In this document: positions 48,599-58,496 of the stretch, piece by piece
Numbering within the stretch: position 1 is the stretch's first letter
Layout: every line of letters begins with the position of its first letter
Virus record (IMG/VR): IMGVR_UViG_2721755711_000002
From: a virus
Taxonomy: Duplodnaviria > Heunggongvirae > Uroviricota > Caudoviricetes
Strand: one strand, 5' to 3'
DNA: 64,000 bases
Translations under genes and position numbers: made by a program
Notes under the pieces: generated by a model
The model's database searches: none
Seen by the model: the letters and a program-made list of their open reading frames with translations, nothing else
Told to the model about the DNA's origin: nothing

Positions 48599-49012
48599 TT
48601 ATTGTTTACGTGCTGCTCTGGCTCGTTTTCTGGCGTCTTTTGTCAGCGCCACCATCACCCCGAACAGTTGATCATCTGTCAGCCATTCGATCACATGTTG
48701 CTTATACATGTGAGATGCCAGTCCTTCCGCATACGCCCAGGAACGACCGGCATCAGCCAGCAACGCTTCAATTTTGGATAATACTGATTTTCTGCTCATT
48801 GCAACACGGGGGCGGCGACCTTTACCGGCGGGTGCCTTGCGCGGAAATCCCTGTTCGTGCATGTATTCCCGGATGATGCGCAGTTCATCAAGATTGCAAC
48901 GTGTGGTGCTGGTTTTACCTGTCAGGCGGGCCAGTGTCTGGCGATAAAGGGCATCATCCCACCCCAGATACGCCTGACCGGCTTTAATGGCCCCGATCAT
49001 CTTTTTCAGCAT
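48599..49012 (-). CDS. Mu gp16/GemA-like protein
   Basis: ~137-aa ORF immediately upstream of mor. Confidence 0.5.
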   Translation of the reverse strand: MLKKMIGAIKAGQAYLGWDDALYRQTLARLTGKTSTTRCNLDELRIIREYMHEQGFPRKAPAGKGRRPRVAMSRKSVLSKIEALLADAGRSWAYAEGLASHMYKQHVIEWLTDDQLFGVMVALTKDARKRARAARKQ

Positions 49013-49262
49013 GTTTGTTATCCTCAAAACGCACGGTAAAACGTGAAACGCCAATCCCCGACAGGAACGCGGCGGCACGGTCAAGAGACAGCCACGTCTT
49101 GTAATCGCCACGGCGTTCCTGTAGAAAATAGGACACCCCGGCGCGGCGATTCACAGCGAAGAGGTGATACACACCACCGAACCGCTGCACGACGAACTCA
49201 TCCACGCCACCGCTTTCAGCCTGTTGCCTGAAAGCTGCCATTCCGATTTGTTCAATCTTCAT
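48984..49262 (-). CDS. Hypothetical early protein
   Basis: ~92-aa ORF overlapping the gp16-like gene start. Confidence 0.4.
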   Translation of the reverse strand: MKIEQIGMAAFRQQAESGGVDEFVVQRFGGVYHLFAVNRRAGVSYFLQERRGDYKTWLSLDRAAAFLSGIGVSRFTVRFEDNKHAEKDDRGH

Positions 49263-49516
49263 AATGACCAAAACATCACTTTTGGCAGACCAAAACATAT
49301 GTTTTGGTCTGCTGTTGGTTATTATTTAATTACTTTGCGTTAGTGTGATTCTTCCAGCGATTTTGGGCTGCGCTGGGCTTGTTAAGGGAACACATCACAA
49401 TATCAGCTGTGTTTGTGAACAAACCCATTCTGCGGTTACTGAGTTTTAGCCATTGCTGGACGCCGCGAGCGTTTCTACAGGTCAAAAGAATTTTTGCTTT
49501 ACGGTTTTTCATCTGA

Positions 49517-49825
49517 TTATTCTCCTGAAATCAGTCCTGAACGGATTACTGTTTTTGCAATATGCGCCCGTAATTGCTGCGTTCCGTGGTATTTGATTGC
49601 CACATCGCGTAATTTATTAACCAGCTCCCTGAGCTGATGCTCTTTTGCTCCCGGTGTCACCGGAATGATTCCTGCTCTCCGGTATTCCTGAAGCTCCAGC
49701 AGGGACTGCCGTAAGAGCGTCCACCACTCTCTGTCTACAATCGGCCCGCGCATATCAAGCATTTTGTCAGCATCGGCAATCAGTCTGGTCAGGCCCTTAT
49801 CGCTTATTCTGGTTTGCTGGTTCAC
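49517..49825 (-). CDS. Hypothetical early protein
   Basis: 102-aa ORF. Confidence 0.4.
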   Translation of the reverse strand: MNQQTRISDKGLTRLIADADKMLDMRGPIVDREWWTLLRQSLLELQEYRRAGIIPVTPGAKEHQLRELVNKLRDVAIKYHGTQQLRAHIAKTVIRSGLISGE

Positions 49826-50112
49826 TGCGCCGCCTCCTGTTCATTTTTTTCACTCCGGTATACCAAAATCACGACATCACCTACGGGGATAACGCGGGTT
49901 GGTTCTCCCGGCTCTATGCTGTCGATATCGAAGGCCTCAAAGAACTCATTCATCGCCTTCTGCTGCTGCGTCTGTTTACGGTGCTTATTCCATGTTTTCA
50001 GGAATACAAGGGACAGCCACATCCCGGCGCGGAGCATGATGTAACACCAACCGAGAAGAGCGATGCCTGCATTCATGGCTACATCTATCGTTATCGTTTT
50101 ATCAATGACCAT
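49822..50112 (-). CDS. Small membrane protein
   Basis: 96-aa ORF with hydrophobic segment. Confidence 0.4.
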   Translation of the reverse strand: MVIDKTITIDVAMNAGIALLGWCYIMLRAGMWLSLVFLKTWNKHRKQTQQQKAMNEFFEAFDIDSIEPGEPTRVIPVGDVVILVYRSEKNEQEAAQ

Positions 50113-50332
50113 TGCCAGCCTCCTGTTTTGCCACTTTAAACGCCCGTAACATCGGAACCGTTTTACCGGTGATGACGGTTTTCATTAAAAGGCCACCGCC
50201 ACTCTGATGGCGCACTTCAGGTGCCACAAACAACGCCGCATCCACAACCCGGTTATAGCGGCGAAACTCCCAGAGCCAGCAGGTAACAATGATTTTTGCT
50301 TTAGTCCCATAGTTATAAAATTCAATATTCAT
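50102..50332 (-). CDS. Hypothetical early protein
   Basis: 76-aa ORF, overlapping neighbours. Confidence 0.35.
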   Translation of the reverse strand: MNIEFYNYGTKAKIIVTCWLWEFRRYNRVVDAALFVAPEVRHQSGGGLLMKTVITGKTVPMLRAFKVAKQEAGNGH

Positions 50333-50556
50333 TTGCAGTTAAACCTTCTTTTGTGACGTTCTACAGCGGCTTTCATGGCGTTGTGCACGGTTCTTTTAAT
50401 AATCCGGCGTCCCGCACTGTCATAGAACCGCCACCGGGAAGCCCCCGGATATCCGGGGAACTCAACCACCGCGCTACCGTCATTCATCCTGTATTCGTGG
50501 CGTTCTCCGGGCGGCTGGTATATTGCTTCGGTAACACTGAGAAGTTTAAAAGCCAT
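50329..50556 (-). CDS. Hypothetical early protein
   Basis: 75-aa ORF. Confidence 0.35.
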   Translation of the reverse strand: MAFKLLSVTEAIYQPPGERHEYRMNDGSAVVEFPGYPGASRWRFYDSAGRRIIKRTVHNAMKAAVERHKRRFNCK

Positions 50557-50558
50557 CG

Positions 50559-51269
50559 TTACACCCTCCCCAGTGCCAGCGGTCTGTTGCTCTGACCATT
50601 AACCCCCTGATGCAGTCTGGCGTTTTTCCCGGCGATAAAACCGGCTGTAGCGGCAAACTCTGCACCCCGGCACGCTTTAGCTGTGCGCATATCCCCGTTG
50701 CGCAGCCCCTTAGTGCTGTGCAGGTTCTTTCTGTAAAGCTCAAGGCGGCTTTTTTCTTCCGGGGAGACGTCATACACCGCAATGACATCACGGGCACCAA
50801 AGACCCAGCCTTCGCAGAACTGGTCGCCACGGGCTACCCGCGTGGACGGACCACAACGTTTGCAGTGTTTATCCTGATATTTTTTACGTTCAGCCATCAT
50901 CTGACGGGAAAGCACATCAAACGCGTATGCCGCAATTTCCGGGCGGCTGTCAGGACCATAAAAACGAACGTAACGTTTGAGTGAACCAGAAGCCCGGTAT
51001 TCGCCGGATATGTAACACTCGACACCGAAGGCTTTACAGACCAGGTCACACAGGATGTGCATATAACGCGGCGGTGTACTGGCATCACTCGGCGCACCCG
51101 CGCTGGCAGCTTCCTGAATGTCGAACAATTCCGCGTCGTTTTCGCTGATGCCATGCTGGCGCATATAAGCCTGGGCTTTTGCAATAGCGTTAGCGGCTTC
51201 TTCCGGGCTTGATGTTCCTCTGGCAAGGCGTAACAGTTTTTTGATTTTGGCAATGTATTTATCTTTCAT
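50559..51269 (-). CDS. DUF2786-like protein with Cys-rich C-terminal domain
   Basis: 236-aa ORF starting MKDKYIAKIKKLLRLA. Confidence 0.55.
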   Translation of the reverse strand: MKDKYIAKIKKLLRLARGTSSPEEAANAIAKAQAYMRQHGISENDAELFDIQEAASAGAPSDASTPPRYMHILCDLVCKAFGVECYISGEYRASGSLKRYVRFYGPDSRPEIAAYAFDVLSRQMMAERKKYQDKHCKRCGPSTRVARGDQFCEGWVFGARDVIAVYDVSPEEKSRLELYRKNLHSTKGLRNGDMRTAKACRGAEFAATAGFIAGKNARLHQGVNGQSNRPLALGRV

Positions 51270-51282
51270 GGTCGTCTGAACC

Positions 51283-51465
51283 TCAGCATCCTGAATTCTG
51301 AATTACGCAACTTCCGGCACGGCCTTCAGGAACGTGGGGAGTTCGTTCTGGCTGCGGTACTGAATGAACATCTGCTGTCGATTGAGAACTGGTCGCAAGA
51401 CGATTAAAACAAACGATTGTCAGATTAATTTCGCGGGCGAACTTTTTTTGCTTAGCGATATTCAT
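51283..51465 (-). CDS. Small hypothetical protein
   Basis: 60-aa ORF directly downstream of hairpin element A with GAGAGAG site. Confidence 0.3.
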   Translation of the reverse strand: MNIAKQKKFAREINLTIVCFNRLATSSQSTADVHSVPQPERTPHVPEGRAGSCVIQNSGC

Positions 51466-51475
51466 AAATAAACTC

Positions 51476-51540
51476 TCTCTGATTCAGGCGTAAGCCAGCC
51501 CCGGCGGGTTTACGCCATATACAAATAAAATTAAAAACAG
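51476..51540 (-). repeat. Intergenic hairpin element, copy A
   Basis: Nearly identical to 52551-52612; hairpin GGCGTAA(N16)TTACGCC next to TTAATTTT-rich stretch and ribosome-binding site. Confidence 0.6.
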
Positions 51541-51545
51541 ACTTA

Positions 51546-52097
51546 TTAACTACGACGTTCAGTTTTCCGGTAATGGCGGTCAACAGATTTAACGAACGCC
51601 TTCACATCACGGGAAATCGAATCCAGCGGATAATATTTATCCAGCAGTTCCATTCCGCTGAATCGAATCTGAAAAAAATCAGGCTTATCTTTATATGACT
51701 CCATCAGGTCAATAAACCGCAGCTGACGCGGGAGGGATTCCTGCACGCCTGAAATAGTGAGCAAATCATCTTCAAGGATATATGCGAGGTCTTCCATATC
51801 CTTACAGTCAGACATCATGGATATTCTTGTCAGTATGTTCCGTGTGGCGATATACAGCGCGGCTGTGTCATTCGCCATCATGGCGAACAAATCCCCCTGA
51901 ATATAAGCCCCCTTACTGGCCATAGCATTCCCGGCAATCTGCGCATCAAGTACCACATACATAAAATCGCCAGGTGCACCCAGATGGCCCAGCAATGATG
52001 ACGCCCATAACGTTACATTGGTTAACTTCCCAGATGAACGGACAGCAAAACCTTCAGGAGTAACAATAAATTCCCAGACTTTATCTTTCATATACAA
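51546..52097 (-). CDS. Hypothetical protein
   Basis: 183-aa ORF bracketed by the two hairpin elements. Confidence 0.5.
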   Translation of the reverse strand: MYMKDKVWEFIVTPEGFAVRSSGKLTNVTLWASSLLGHLGAPGDFMYVVLDAQIAGNAMASKGAYIQGDLFAMMANDTAALYIATRNILTRISMMSDCKDMEDLAYILEDDLLTISGVQESLPRQLRFIDLMESYKDKPDFFQIRFSGMELLDKYYPLDSISRDVKAFVKSVDRHYRKTERRS

Positions 52098-52155
52098 ATC
52101 CCCTTAATTCAGGCGCAGACCTGTTTACCTGCGCCATAAAAAAACGAAGTCAGAG

Positions 52156-52548
52156 TTAAAAATCGAAGACGTCAGTTAATTCCCGCTTCAGTGAAACGCA
52201 CTCAGAATAAAAGCCCTCGCTCTCACCGCACCATCTGACGACTACACAGCCTTTTGATGTGCCGAACTTAAAGAAACTCCATGTCTGATGACCTTCCCCA
52301 ACATCACATTCTTCGGTAACCACTTCAGCCTCTGTCAGCGGTTCATCTTTCAGGTCGTCAAGGTCTCCGACGATGTCCTCAATCCAGACTTTTTCGCAGC
52401 CTTCCTGAAAGTGGAAAAATGTAAACACGGTTCCCCATACTCCCCGGGAATAATCACCACGAAAAACAAGTTCATCGTTTTCATTCTTAACTACTTCTTT
52501 AAATGTACGCCCGAGCATTTCATTGATAACGGTAACACTCATTTTCAT
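52156..52548 (-). CDS. Hypothetical acidic protein
   Basis: 130-aa ORF; GGAG site directly after hairpin element B. Confidence 0.5.
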   Translation of the reverse strand: MKMSVTVINEMLGRTFKEVVKNENDELVFRGDYSRGVWGTVFTFFHFQEGCEKVWIEDIVGDLDDLKDEPLTEAEVVTEECDVGEGHQTWSFFKFGTSKGCVVVRWCGESEGFYSECVSLKRELTDVFDF

Positions 52549-52550
52549 TT

Positions 52551-52612
52551 CTCCAGATTCAGGCGTAAGTCAGCCCCGGCTGGTTTACGCCTGTTTTAAA
52601 TAACAATTAAAA
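52551..52612 (-). repeat. Intergenic hairpin element, copy B
   Basis: GATTCAGGCGTAAGTCAGCCCCGGCTGGTTTACGCC plus ATTAAAAACA, matching copy A. Confidence 0.6.
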
Positions 52613-52622
52613 ACAAATTAAA

Positions 52623-52814
52623 TTAATGCGGTGCTTTCAGTGTTTCGACTTTTACGAAATAAGGCTCGACATTAATTTCAACCACACAACCACATTTAAA
52701 ATCTCTGGCAGGTGAAACGGTTTTCACCACACGACCACCACGCAACGCCGGATGTGCAGTGTGCATGAAGCGAGTCCCTACCGGATACTGCTTATTAAAG
52801 TTCTTCGCATTCAT
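52623..52814 (-). CDS. Small hypothetical protein
   Basis: 63-aa ORF. Confidence 0.35.
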   Translation of the reverse strand: MNAKNFNKQYPVGTRFMHTAHPALRGGRVVKTVSPARDFKCGCVVEINVEPYFVKVETLKAPH

Positions 52815-53028
52815 GGCGTGGCCTCCAGCCCTTCAGGTGAGCGTTAGCGCAGAACTCCGCACGATGTTCAGCCCAGATGCGGCGCAGGGTGCTACACGGG
52901 CTTTGTGCTGCCTTACGCCACAGCTTTTCAGCCTCGGCATAATCACCGCGCTGTTCAGCTCTTGACGCTCCCAGTGAATACGCCGCGCAACGGTTCCCGG
53001 CTCTGTACTCTTTGATATCCTGATGCAT
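52795..53028 (-). CDS. Small helical protein, possibly ANR-like (AraC negative regulator family)
   Basis: ~77-aa ORF; AEQRGDYAEAEKLWRKAAQSPCSTLRRIWAEHRAEFC recalls ANR-family patterns from memory only. Confidence 0.3.
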   Translation of the reverse strand: MHQDIKEYRAGNRCAAYSLGASRAEQRGDYAEAEKLWRKAAQSPCSTLRRIWAEHRAEFCANAHLKGWRPRHECEEL

Positions 53029-53029
53029 G

Positions 53030-53674
53030 TTAAACCCCTGCAATATCAAGCGGGATTGCGCGATATTCGTCAGAATCGCCGACGCGCTCATACACACGAA
53101 TATAGCTCTTGCTGCCAATCACCTGGACGGCTTCACCAATCAGCGTCATTGCGTTATTCCAGCGTTCGTCCTCAATTTCAAGGCGACGCAAGGCCAGAAC
53201 GCGCCCGGTGTTAATGTTGCCTTCCTTGTCCGTGCTGAATGCCTCGCTGATGATGGCTTTGATTTCAGGGCGTGCACCTTCCGTCCAGTCAGCCAGGCAA
53301 TCATCAATCAGCGACTTCGCGGTCTGAATGCGTTCATCAAACGCGATACGGTCCTGCATGGCGCGCTGAATCTTGTAACGCCCGTCAAAGCTGTAAAGCG
53401 TGATATTGCCTTTTTTGCCACCTTTCACTGCGCCGTATTTCTCCGCCGACAGGTCAATAAACGCCTGAATATCACCAAAGGCACGTAGTTTCAGTTCACG
53501 CAGTGAGGCGGAGGCAGCAATCACCAGTTCCACAATCTCACCGACCAGCTGCTCGCGGTCGCGGTCAATATCTTTGATAAGGCTTTCAGGTGTCATTACG
53601 CCACGGGCATCCACCCAGTAACCTTCAGGCGCTTGAGTTTTCGTGTATTGCTTAACTTTATTTTCAGTCGTCAT
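53030..53674 (-). CDS. Hypothetical early protein (DUF3164-like)
   Basis: 214-aa ORF in Mu-like early region. Confidence 0.45.
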   Translation of the reverse strand: MTTENKVKQYTKTQAPEGYWVDARGVMTPESLIKDIDRDREQLVGEIVELVIAASASLRELKLRAFGDIQAFIDLSAEKYGAVKGGKKGNITLYSFDGRYKIQRAMQDRIAFDERIQTAKSLIDDCLADWTEGARPEIKAIISEAFSTDKEGNINTGRVLALRRLEIEDERWNNAMTLIGEAVQVIGSKSYIRVYERVGDSDEYRAIPLDIAGV

Positions 53675-53703
53675 AATTAAATTACCTCAGTGATATTTAC
53701 AGA

Positions 53704-53919
53704 TTAATTTGTGTTATGTGCGCGAGGCGCAACGTTTTCAGAAAAAATATTCACGCCGTTGTAGTCATTTCTCAGTGCTTCCTTGATAACATCATGTAAT
53801 CCTGTTGCCACCTGAAGCTCCCTTTTGGAAGCGCCATCCTTCGAATAACTCCCTGTAATCCGGGTAAAAGTCGCGCCTTTTTCATTGGTATAGATAATTA
53901 CTTCTAATTTAACCGCCAT
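53704..53919 (-). CDS. Hypothetical early protein
   Basis: 71-aa ORF. Confidence 0.4.
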   Translation of the reverse strand: MAVKLEVIIYTNEKGATFTRITGSYSKDGASKRELQVATGLHDVIKEALRNDYNGVNIFSENVAPRAHNTN

Positions 53920-53931
53920 TCTGATTTCCTC

Positions 53932-54171
53932 TCATTGCCATACGACGGTGCAGCCGTCGATACAGGATGTTTTCACCACGCGGCGCAGGCCGCTGAATGT
54001 CTGGATGATTTCCGTTACCGGCCATACAGGACCACCCACAGGCGGGCAGGCATAAACCACAGGTAAACGGTGATGTTGCCCCGTTACACGACCGCCGGTG
54101 GTGTGGATGGCCACACGGGCACGGGAACGGACGGCATTAATGGTCTGCTTTTCCATCATTTTGTTCTCCAT
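53932..54171 (-). CDS. Hypothetical early protein
   Basis: 79-aa ORF just downstream of B. Confidence 0.4.
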   Translation of the reverse strand: MENKMMEKQTINAVRSRARVAIHTTGGRVTGQHHRLPVVYACPPVGGPVWPVTEIIQTFSGLRRVVKTSCIDGCTVVWQ

Positions 54172-55064
54172 CAGTGAATTAACATTTCTGAATATTTATC
54201 AATGGCCTGCACACTGACCGGTGCATCGCTGATATCACAAATCCGGTACACACCACGCGCCAGCTTGAACAGACGACGGGCATTACCCAGCGAACGTGTG
54301 TAAAGTGCCTCACCAATTTCCGGGTCCGCCGCTTCCGGCATCATGTCTGTGGCAATCTTGTTAAAATCTTCCTGCGTCAGCGTATCGCCCAGGTTAAGCG
54401 CCAGCGCCACGCGGCTGTATAATTGAGCGAACTCACCACAACGGCCCTTAAGGTTAATCAGAAGGTGAGGCATACCCGCCAGGACAATCCCGATACCCGC
54501 TTTGTCATGCAGACGGCGCAATACCTCCAGTGCACGATAGGGGAGCAGTTCAGCCTCATCCACCATCAGCAGACGACCTGACCCACGCAGTTCACGCACA
54601 CAGGCATCAATCTTCTCGCGAATATCGCCGTGAACCTTTATGCCCAACTGGCGGCACAGTTCATCGAGTAACTTTCTGGCCGTATAGCCAATATCGGCTT
54701 CAATGAGCACTACATCCCGGTTTCTGGCGGCATATTCACTCAGAATCATGCTTTTACCCAGGCCCGCCGCGCCATACAGAACGCAAATATCACACTCCAG
54801 ATGGGCGTAGGTCAGTACTTCCAGCCCTTTGGCAGCCATGCCGGTGGTGACAAATCGCACTTTAATACGGCGGTTGTTTTCCTTTTCCCATTCACGGGTC
54901 ACAAAGGCAGAAATGCGTTCTTCAATATCAGCCATATCGCCCTGATATTTGCCCTGCAAATACTGGTTGATAACAGCGCTGCTACGACCAATAGCACGGG
55001 CAACGTGGGTCTGCGTAAAGCCGCGACGGGCCATTACGTCATTTAATTGCGTAATTAAACTCAT
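54171..55064 (-). CDS. B: DNA transposition protein B (AAA+ ATPase, Mu B-like)
   Basis: 297-aa ORF with N-terminal HTH and Walker A GAAGLGKS; follows transposase A. Confidence 0.85.
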   Translation of the reverse strand: MSLITQLNDVMARRGFTQTHVARAIGRSSAVINQYLQGKYQGDMADIEERISAFVTREWEKENNRRIKVRFVTTGMAAKGLEVLTYAHLECDICVLYGAAGLGKSMILSEYAARNRDVVLIEADIGYTARKLLDELCRQLGIKVHGDIREKIDACVRELRGSGRLLMVDEAELLPYRALEVLRRLHDKAGIGIVLAGMPHLLINLKGRCGEFAQLYSRVALALNLGDTLTQEDFNKIATDMMPEAADPEIGEALYTRSLGNARRLFKLARGVYRICDISDAPVSVQAIDKYSEMLIH

Positions 55065-55082
55065 AATTAAATACCTTTTAAA

Positions 55083-57125
55083 TTAACGATTATTTGTGCC
55101 GTTTTTCTTTAAATTGCGCTCACGGTCAGACACGAATAAATAAAGTTCTTCTTTTTCCTTTTTCTCCTGGCGTTCCAGTCCATATCCCAGATTAAACTCA
55201 GGTTTCTGCGTAATAGCCGGGGTAAGTTCGCGTTTAGCCTCTTCGATTTTCTGCGTGGCCCGTGCAATGCGGCCTCGGGCGCGTTTCTCCTGCTGCTGTT
55301 CGATAACGGCTTTCGGGAACGCATCGACCTTGTTACCGTTCCAGATGGCATCGCAGATATAAGAACCGTCCATTCGCCTGACAATCACGCTGTTTGCGTC
55401 GTGAATGTCGTAACAAACCCTGACTTCATTTCCGTGCTCTGCTGCCAGTTCTGTGGAGAAATAGATGTTTCTGAATAACACCACTTCACCGCGTCGCACC
55501 GTGCAGATGCTTTCCGGTCGGAACATTTCATGCAGTTCTTCCGGCGACAGCATGTCGATTTCAGCCTTTTGCTCTTTTATCAGTTTCCGGCGATACGCTG
55601 CCGGGCTGTAATGTTCGCCATCCTCTTTGCGGGGAAGGCTGCTGTGTGGTCGGTTGTTATACCGTTTCACCTCCAGCTCTATTGCGGCCAGCAGTTGCTC
55701 AAAGGTGGGGACTTCTCCCATCGCTTTAACCTGCCGTTTTGTCAGCTCTTTCCCTTTGTGGGTGGCCTTAATGGCTGACTGTGTGATGCGTTGCTGCATC
55801 ATCACCGTTTCCTTGTCTGCATTTTTTGAGCAGTACGTCTGGAAACTCAGGGCCACATCTTTGGGTATTCCTTTGTTTGCCCGTTCTATTACCCCGCGCC
55901 CCTGCGGGTTACCAGGTATCCCCGTGTGATGCTCCACACCCAGTCGGGGCAGAATCCCGGTAATATCGGCATCAAGCACCCGGTTTTTTTCACCGCCCCC
56001 GTTATCGGAGTAATAAATCAGCGGTATTCCGTGTTGTGACATGCCATGACGCAATGCATCAGCAACGGCTATCACGTTCTCCGACAGGGACAGCGACCAG
56101 CCCACAATAAAGCGTTGCCCCGCATCCATAACCAGCGTCACTTCTGGCCGGAATGTATTCCCGGTGGCGGGGCTGAATGCCATCAGTTTCATACAGTGAC
56201 CATCCCCGACCCATACCGCATTAACCGGTAATGTGCTCCAGTCGCGCCGCACAAAGGGATTGAGCGAACGCCAGGCTGAACCGGTGGAGCGGAAACGCTC
56301 CTTCACAATCACCGGGACGTTGCTTAACACCCGTCTTACTGCGTGAACTGAAGGCAGTGCTGCCAGCATTCCTGCGTCATTCGCGTGCTTTTCATGCCAC
56401 CAGGCTGAAAACTCGCGATACGCATATTCAACGGTCGGGCGCTTCCATGAGCGATAGAACATAAAGAAATCGCTCAACCACCAGACCTGCTCCCACGGTG
56501 TTCCCTTATGATGACCGGGAGCCAGTAACGCCAGTAACTGATTGGCATCACCGCGCGCCATCAACCAGGCGGAATACCATTCCTGCAAACTTCCCCAACT
56601 GACGCCAGTTCGCTTACCCTGTCTGGCGTTTGCAGTGCCTGCGGCCTCAATAATGCGGTCAGGTAACGCCCCCATGCGCACACCATCAATGATGTGTTTT
56701 ACTGCTGCCGTCCTGGACATTCCTGCGTATTCACGCAGTTTATGCACTTCGGTAGCCAGCAATATCCGCGCATCAGCGATGGCCTTTTGCTTGTCGGTCA
56801 GTGCCTGAACTTCGCGTAATGCCAGTTCCGGGCATTTGACCATCACTTCCAGTTCATCGCGAACGGTGACGTTTTTAACTGCCTTCTGCTCAACCACGGC
56901 GGGCAGTTGCGCATCTTCCAGAACCTGATGAGTCAGGCGCTTACGTAAAACTTTCTGCGCTTCAGTGGGCAGGCAGTCGATGTGATACTCGAATGCTTTG
57001 GTGCCTTCACGCTTGCGCTTCCATTCCGGGTGCGTCTCTGTGATCCGATTGAGCGTCCAGCGCACCCCCTGAACTGTACCGGGCAAACCAGGAAGACCGG
57101 CCAGCTCATTGGCTGAATAAAACAT
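55083..57125 (-). CDS. A: Mu-type DDE transposase A
   Basis: 680-aa ORF; N-terminus ANELAGLPGLPGT resembles MuA; ner-A-B order. Confidence 0.9.
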   Translation of the reverse strand: MFYSANELAGLPGLPGTVQGVRWTLNRITETHPEWKRKREGTKAFEYHIDCLPTEAQKVLRKRLTHQVLEDAQLPAVVEQKAVKNVTVRDELEVMVKCPELALREVQALTDKQKAIADARILLATEVHKLREYAGMSRTAAVKHIIDGVRMGALPDRIIEAAGTANARQGKRTGVSWGSLQEWYSAWLMARGDANQLLALLAPGHHKGTPWEQVWWLSDFFMFYRSWKRPTVEYAYREFSAWWHEKHANDAGMLAALPSVHAVRRVLSNVPVIVKERFRSTGSAWRSLNPFVRRDWSTLPVNAVWVGDGHCMKLMAFSPATGNTFRPEVTLVMDAGQRFIVGWSLSLSENVIAVADALRHGMSQHGIPLIYYSDNGGGEKNRVLDADITGILPRLGVEHHTGIPGNPQGRGVIERANKGIPKDVALSFQTYCSKNADKETVMMQQRITQSAIKATHKGKELTKRQVKAMGEVPTFEQLLAAIELEVKRYNNRPHSSLPRKEDGEHYSPAAYRRKLIKEQKAEIDMLSPEELHEMFRPESICTVRRGEVVLFRNIYFSTELAAEHGNEVRVCYDIHDANSVIVRRMDGSYICDAIWNGNKVDAFPKAVIEQQQEKRARGRIARATQKIEEAKRELTPAITQKPEFNLGYGLERQEKKEKEELYLFVSDRERNLKKNGTNNR

Positions 57126-57361
57126 TACGCCGCCTTACTGGCATACCGGCTTGGCCAGATCTCCGCAGGTTCCACACCAATAGCATCGGCTATGATGCGT
57201 TCATATTTAGGGCATGAGCGATACAGTGCATTTTTTAAAGAGTCTTTTTTTAGACCAGCGCGTTCAGAAAGTTCACGCAATGTAAAACCTTTGGTGTGCA
57301 CAGCGGCAACGATGTACTCGCGGTGCCAGTCTTTGTTCATTACTTCATTTCTAACCATCAT
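57125..57361 (-). CDS. ner: Ner-like DNA-binding regulator
   Basis: ~79-aa ORF with DWHREY and IWPSRY motifs shared with Mu Ner/Nlp. Confidence 0.8.
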   Translation of the reverse strand: MMVRNEVMNKDWHREYIVAAVHTKGFTLRELSERAGLKKDSLKNALYRSCPKYERIIADAIGVEPAEIWPSRYASKAA

Positions 57362-57543
57362 TAGGTTACCCTTAAAAGTTATCCGTGCGGATAACACCGC
57401 CGTGTTATCCCTTCGGATATAAGTATTGATCCATATGTAACCCATGTAAAGCAAAAATAGCCTTTTCTTTGTATTTTCTTTTTGCTTTTGGTCTTTATAT
57501 GGTTTTGTGATTGAAAATCAATTGGTTAAATAGGAAAGGAAAA
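57362..57543. promoter_or_regulatory. Divergent c/ner operator-promoter region
   Basis: AT-rich intergenic region with repeated CTTTT motifs between divergent ner and c genes. Confidence 0.4.
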
Positions 57544-58191
57544 ATGACAAAAAATGATGACGCTTTTTCTTTAGTTGACCGAGGAAAAGAAAGTTTTAGA
57601 GAGCGTTTAGTAAAACTAATAGGTGGGCGCAGTGTCAGAACTGCCGCGAGCGACTGGGGTATCCCTCCTTCAACCTTAAACAACTACATCCATAAAGGAA
57701 CAGAACCCTCTTTTAAAATAGCCTGCCTTATCTCAGATAAAGAGCGGGTGAGTTTAAATTGGCTCGCTTATGGTGAGGAACTCACCGCCACAGCAAACTC
57801 TTTATCAAACCAAACAGCGCAGCCTTCTCCCGATATTACAAACGAGCTAGCTAACGAGTTATTGAAAAGAGCGTCCACAGAAGATAAAGAACTATTGATA
57901 AATGCAATATGTGATATGGGTATCAAAGGAATCCTAAAACGTCTGCAACAACCCACTAGGCAAGCGAAACAAGCCGCTAACACGCTGGAGGAGCAAGAGA
58001 ATGCTATCCAAAGTCTGAATATCAGGAAATCACTTAAGGATGCAATCCGAGTAGCATTACATGGAAACGAAGATACTGACAGAGAGATTTTGCGAATTGT
58101 TGAATCTCATATACGACCACAATCGCCGGGTGATCAGACCGATGTCACACCGGAGCAAGAAACAAAATCTGTAAGTAAAAAATCAGCATGA
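57544..58191 (+). CDS. c: Mu-type repressor c
   Basis: 216-aa ORF divergent from ner with AGGAAAGGA site; N-terminal DNA-binding-like region. Confidence 0.7.
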   Translation: MTKNDDAFSLVDRGKESFRERLVKLIGGRSVRTAASDWGIPPSTLNNYIHKGTEPSFKIACLISDKERVSLNWLAYGEELTATANSLSNQTAQPSPDITNELANELLKRASTEDKELLINAICDMGIKGILKRLQQPTRQAKQAANTLEEQENAIQSLNIRKSLKDAIRVALHGNEDTDREILRIVESHIRPQSPGDQTDVTPEQETKSVSKKSA

Positions 58192-58465
58192 ACGCCTCGT
58201 TTTGGCGGGGCGCATGCTGCTAACTAATCAGCAACAACCACATCAAAACAAAACCAAACAGGAAAAATAAGGAAACGGGTACAGATAAAGCCCGTTTTAA
58301 AAGCATTTAAAACACGATCAATTATCTGCCATTAATGATTAAAACAGTCCAGATTTGAGCGCAAAAAAATGTACTTTTGATCATTTTCTTCAAAACGATC
58401 CAGAATCGGTAAAATCTCTCACATCCTGCGCCACTCAAGGCTTATAGGCTCGTCCAGGCTGTTCT

Positions 58466-58496
58466 CACTCAGTCCAGAATTGATCACTACCCCACA
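58466..58496. other. Candidate Mu-like prophage left terminus (approximate)
   Basis: Repeated ATCCAGAAT-like motifs at 58341-58360, 58388-58409, 58466-58486; possible end ...TGATCA at 58486; expected distance from c gene. Confidence 0.2.
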
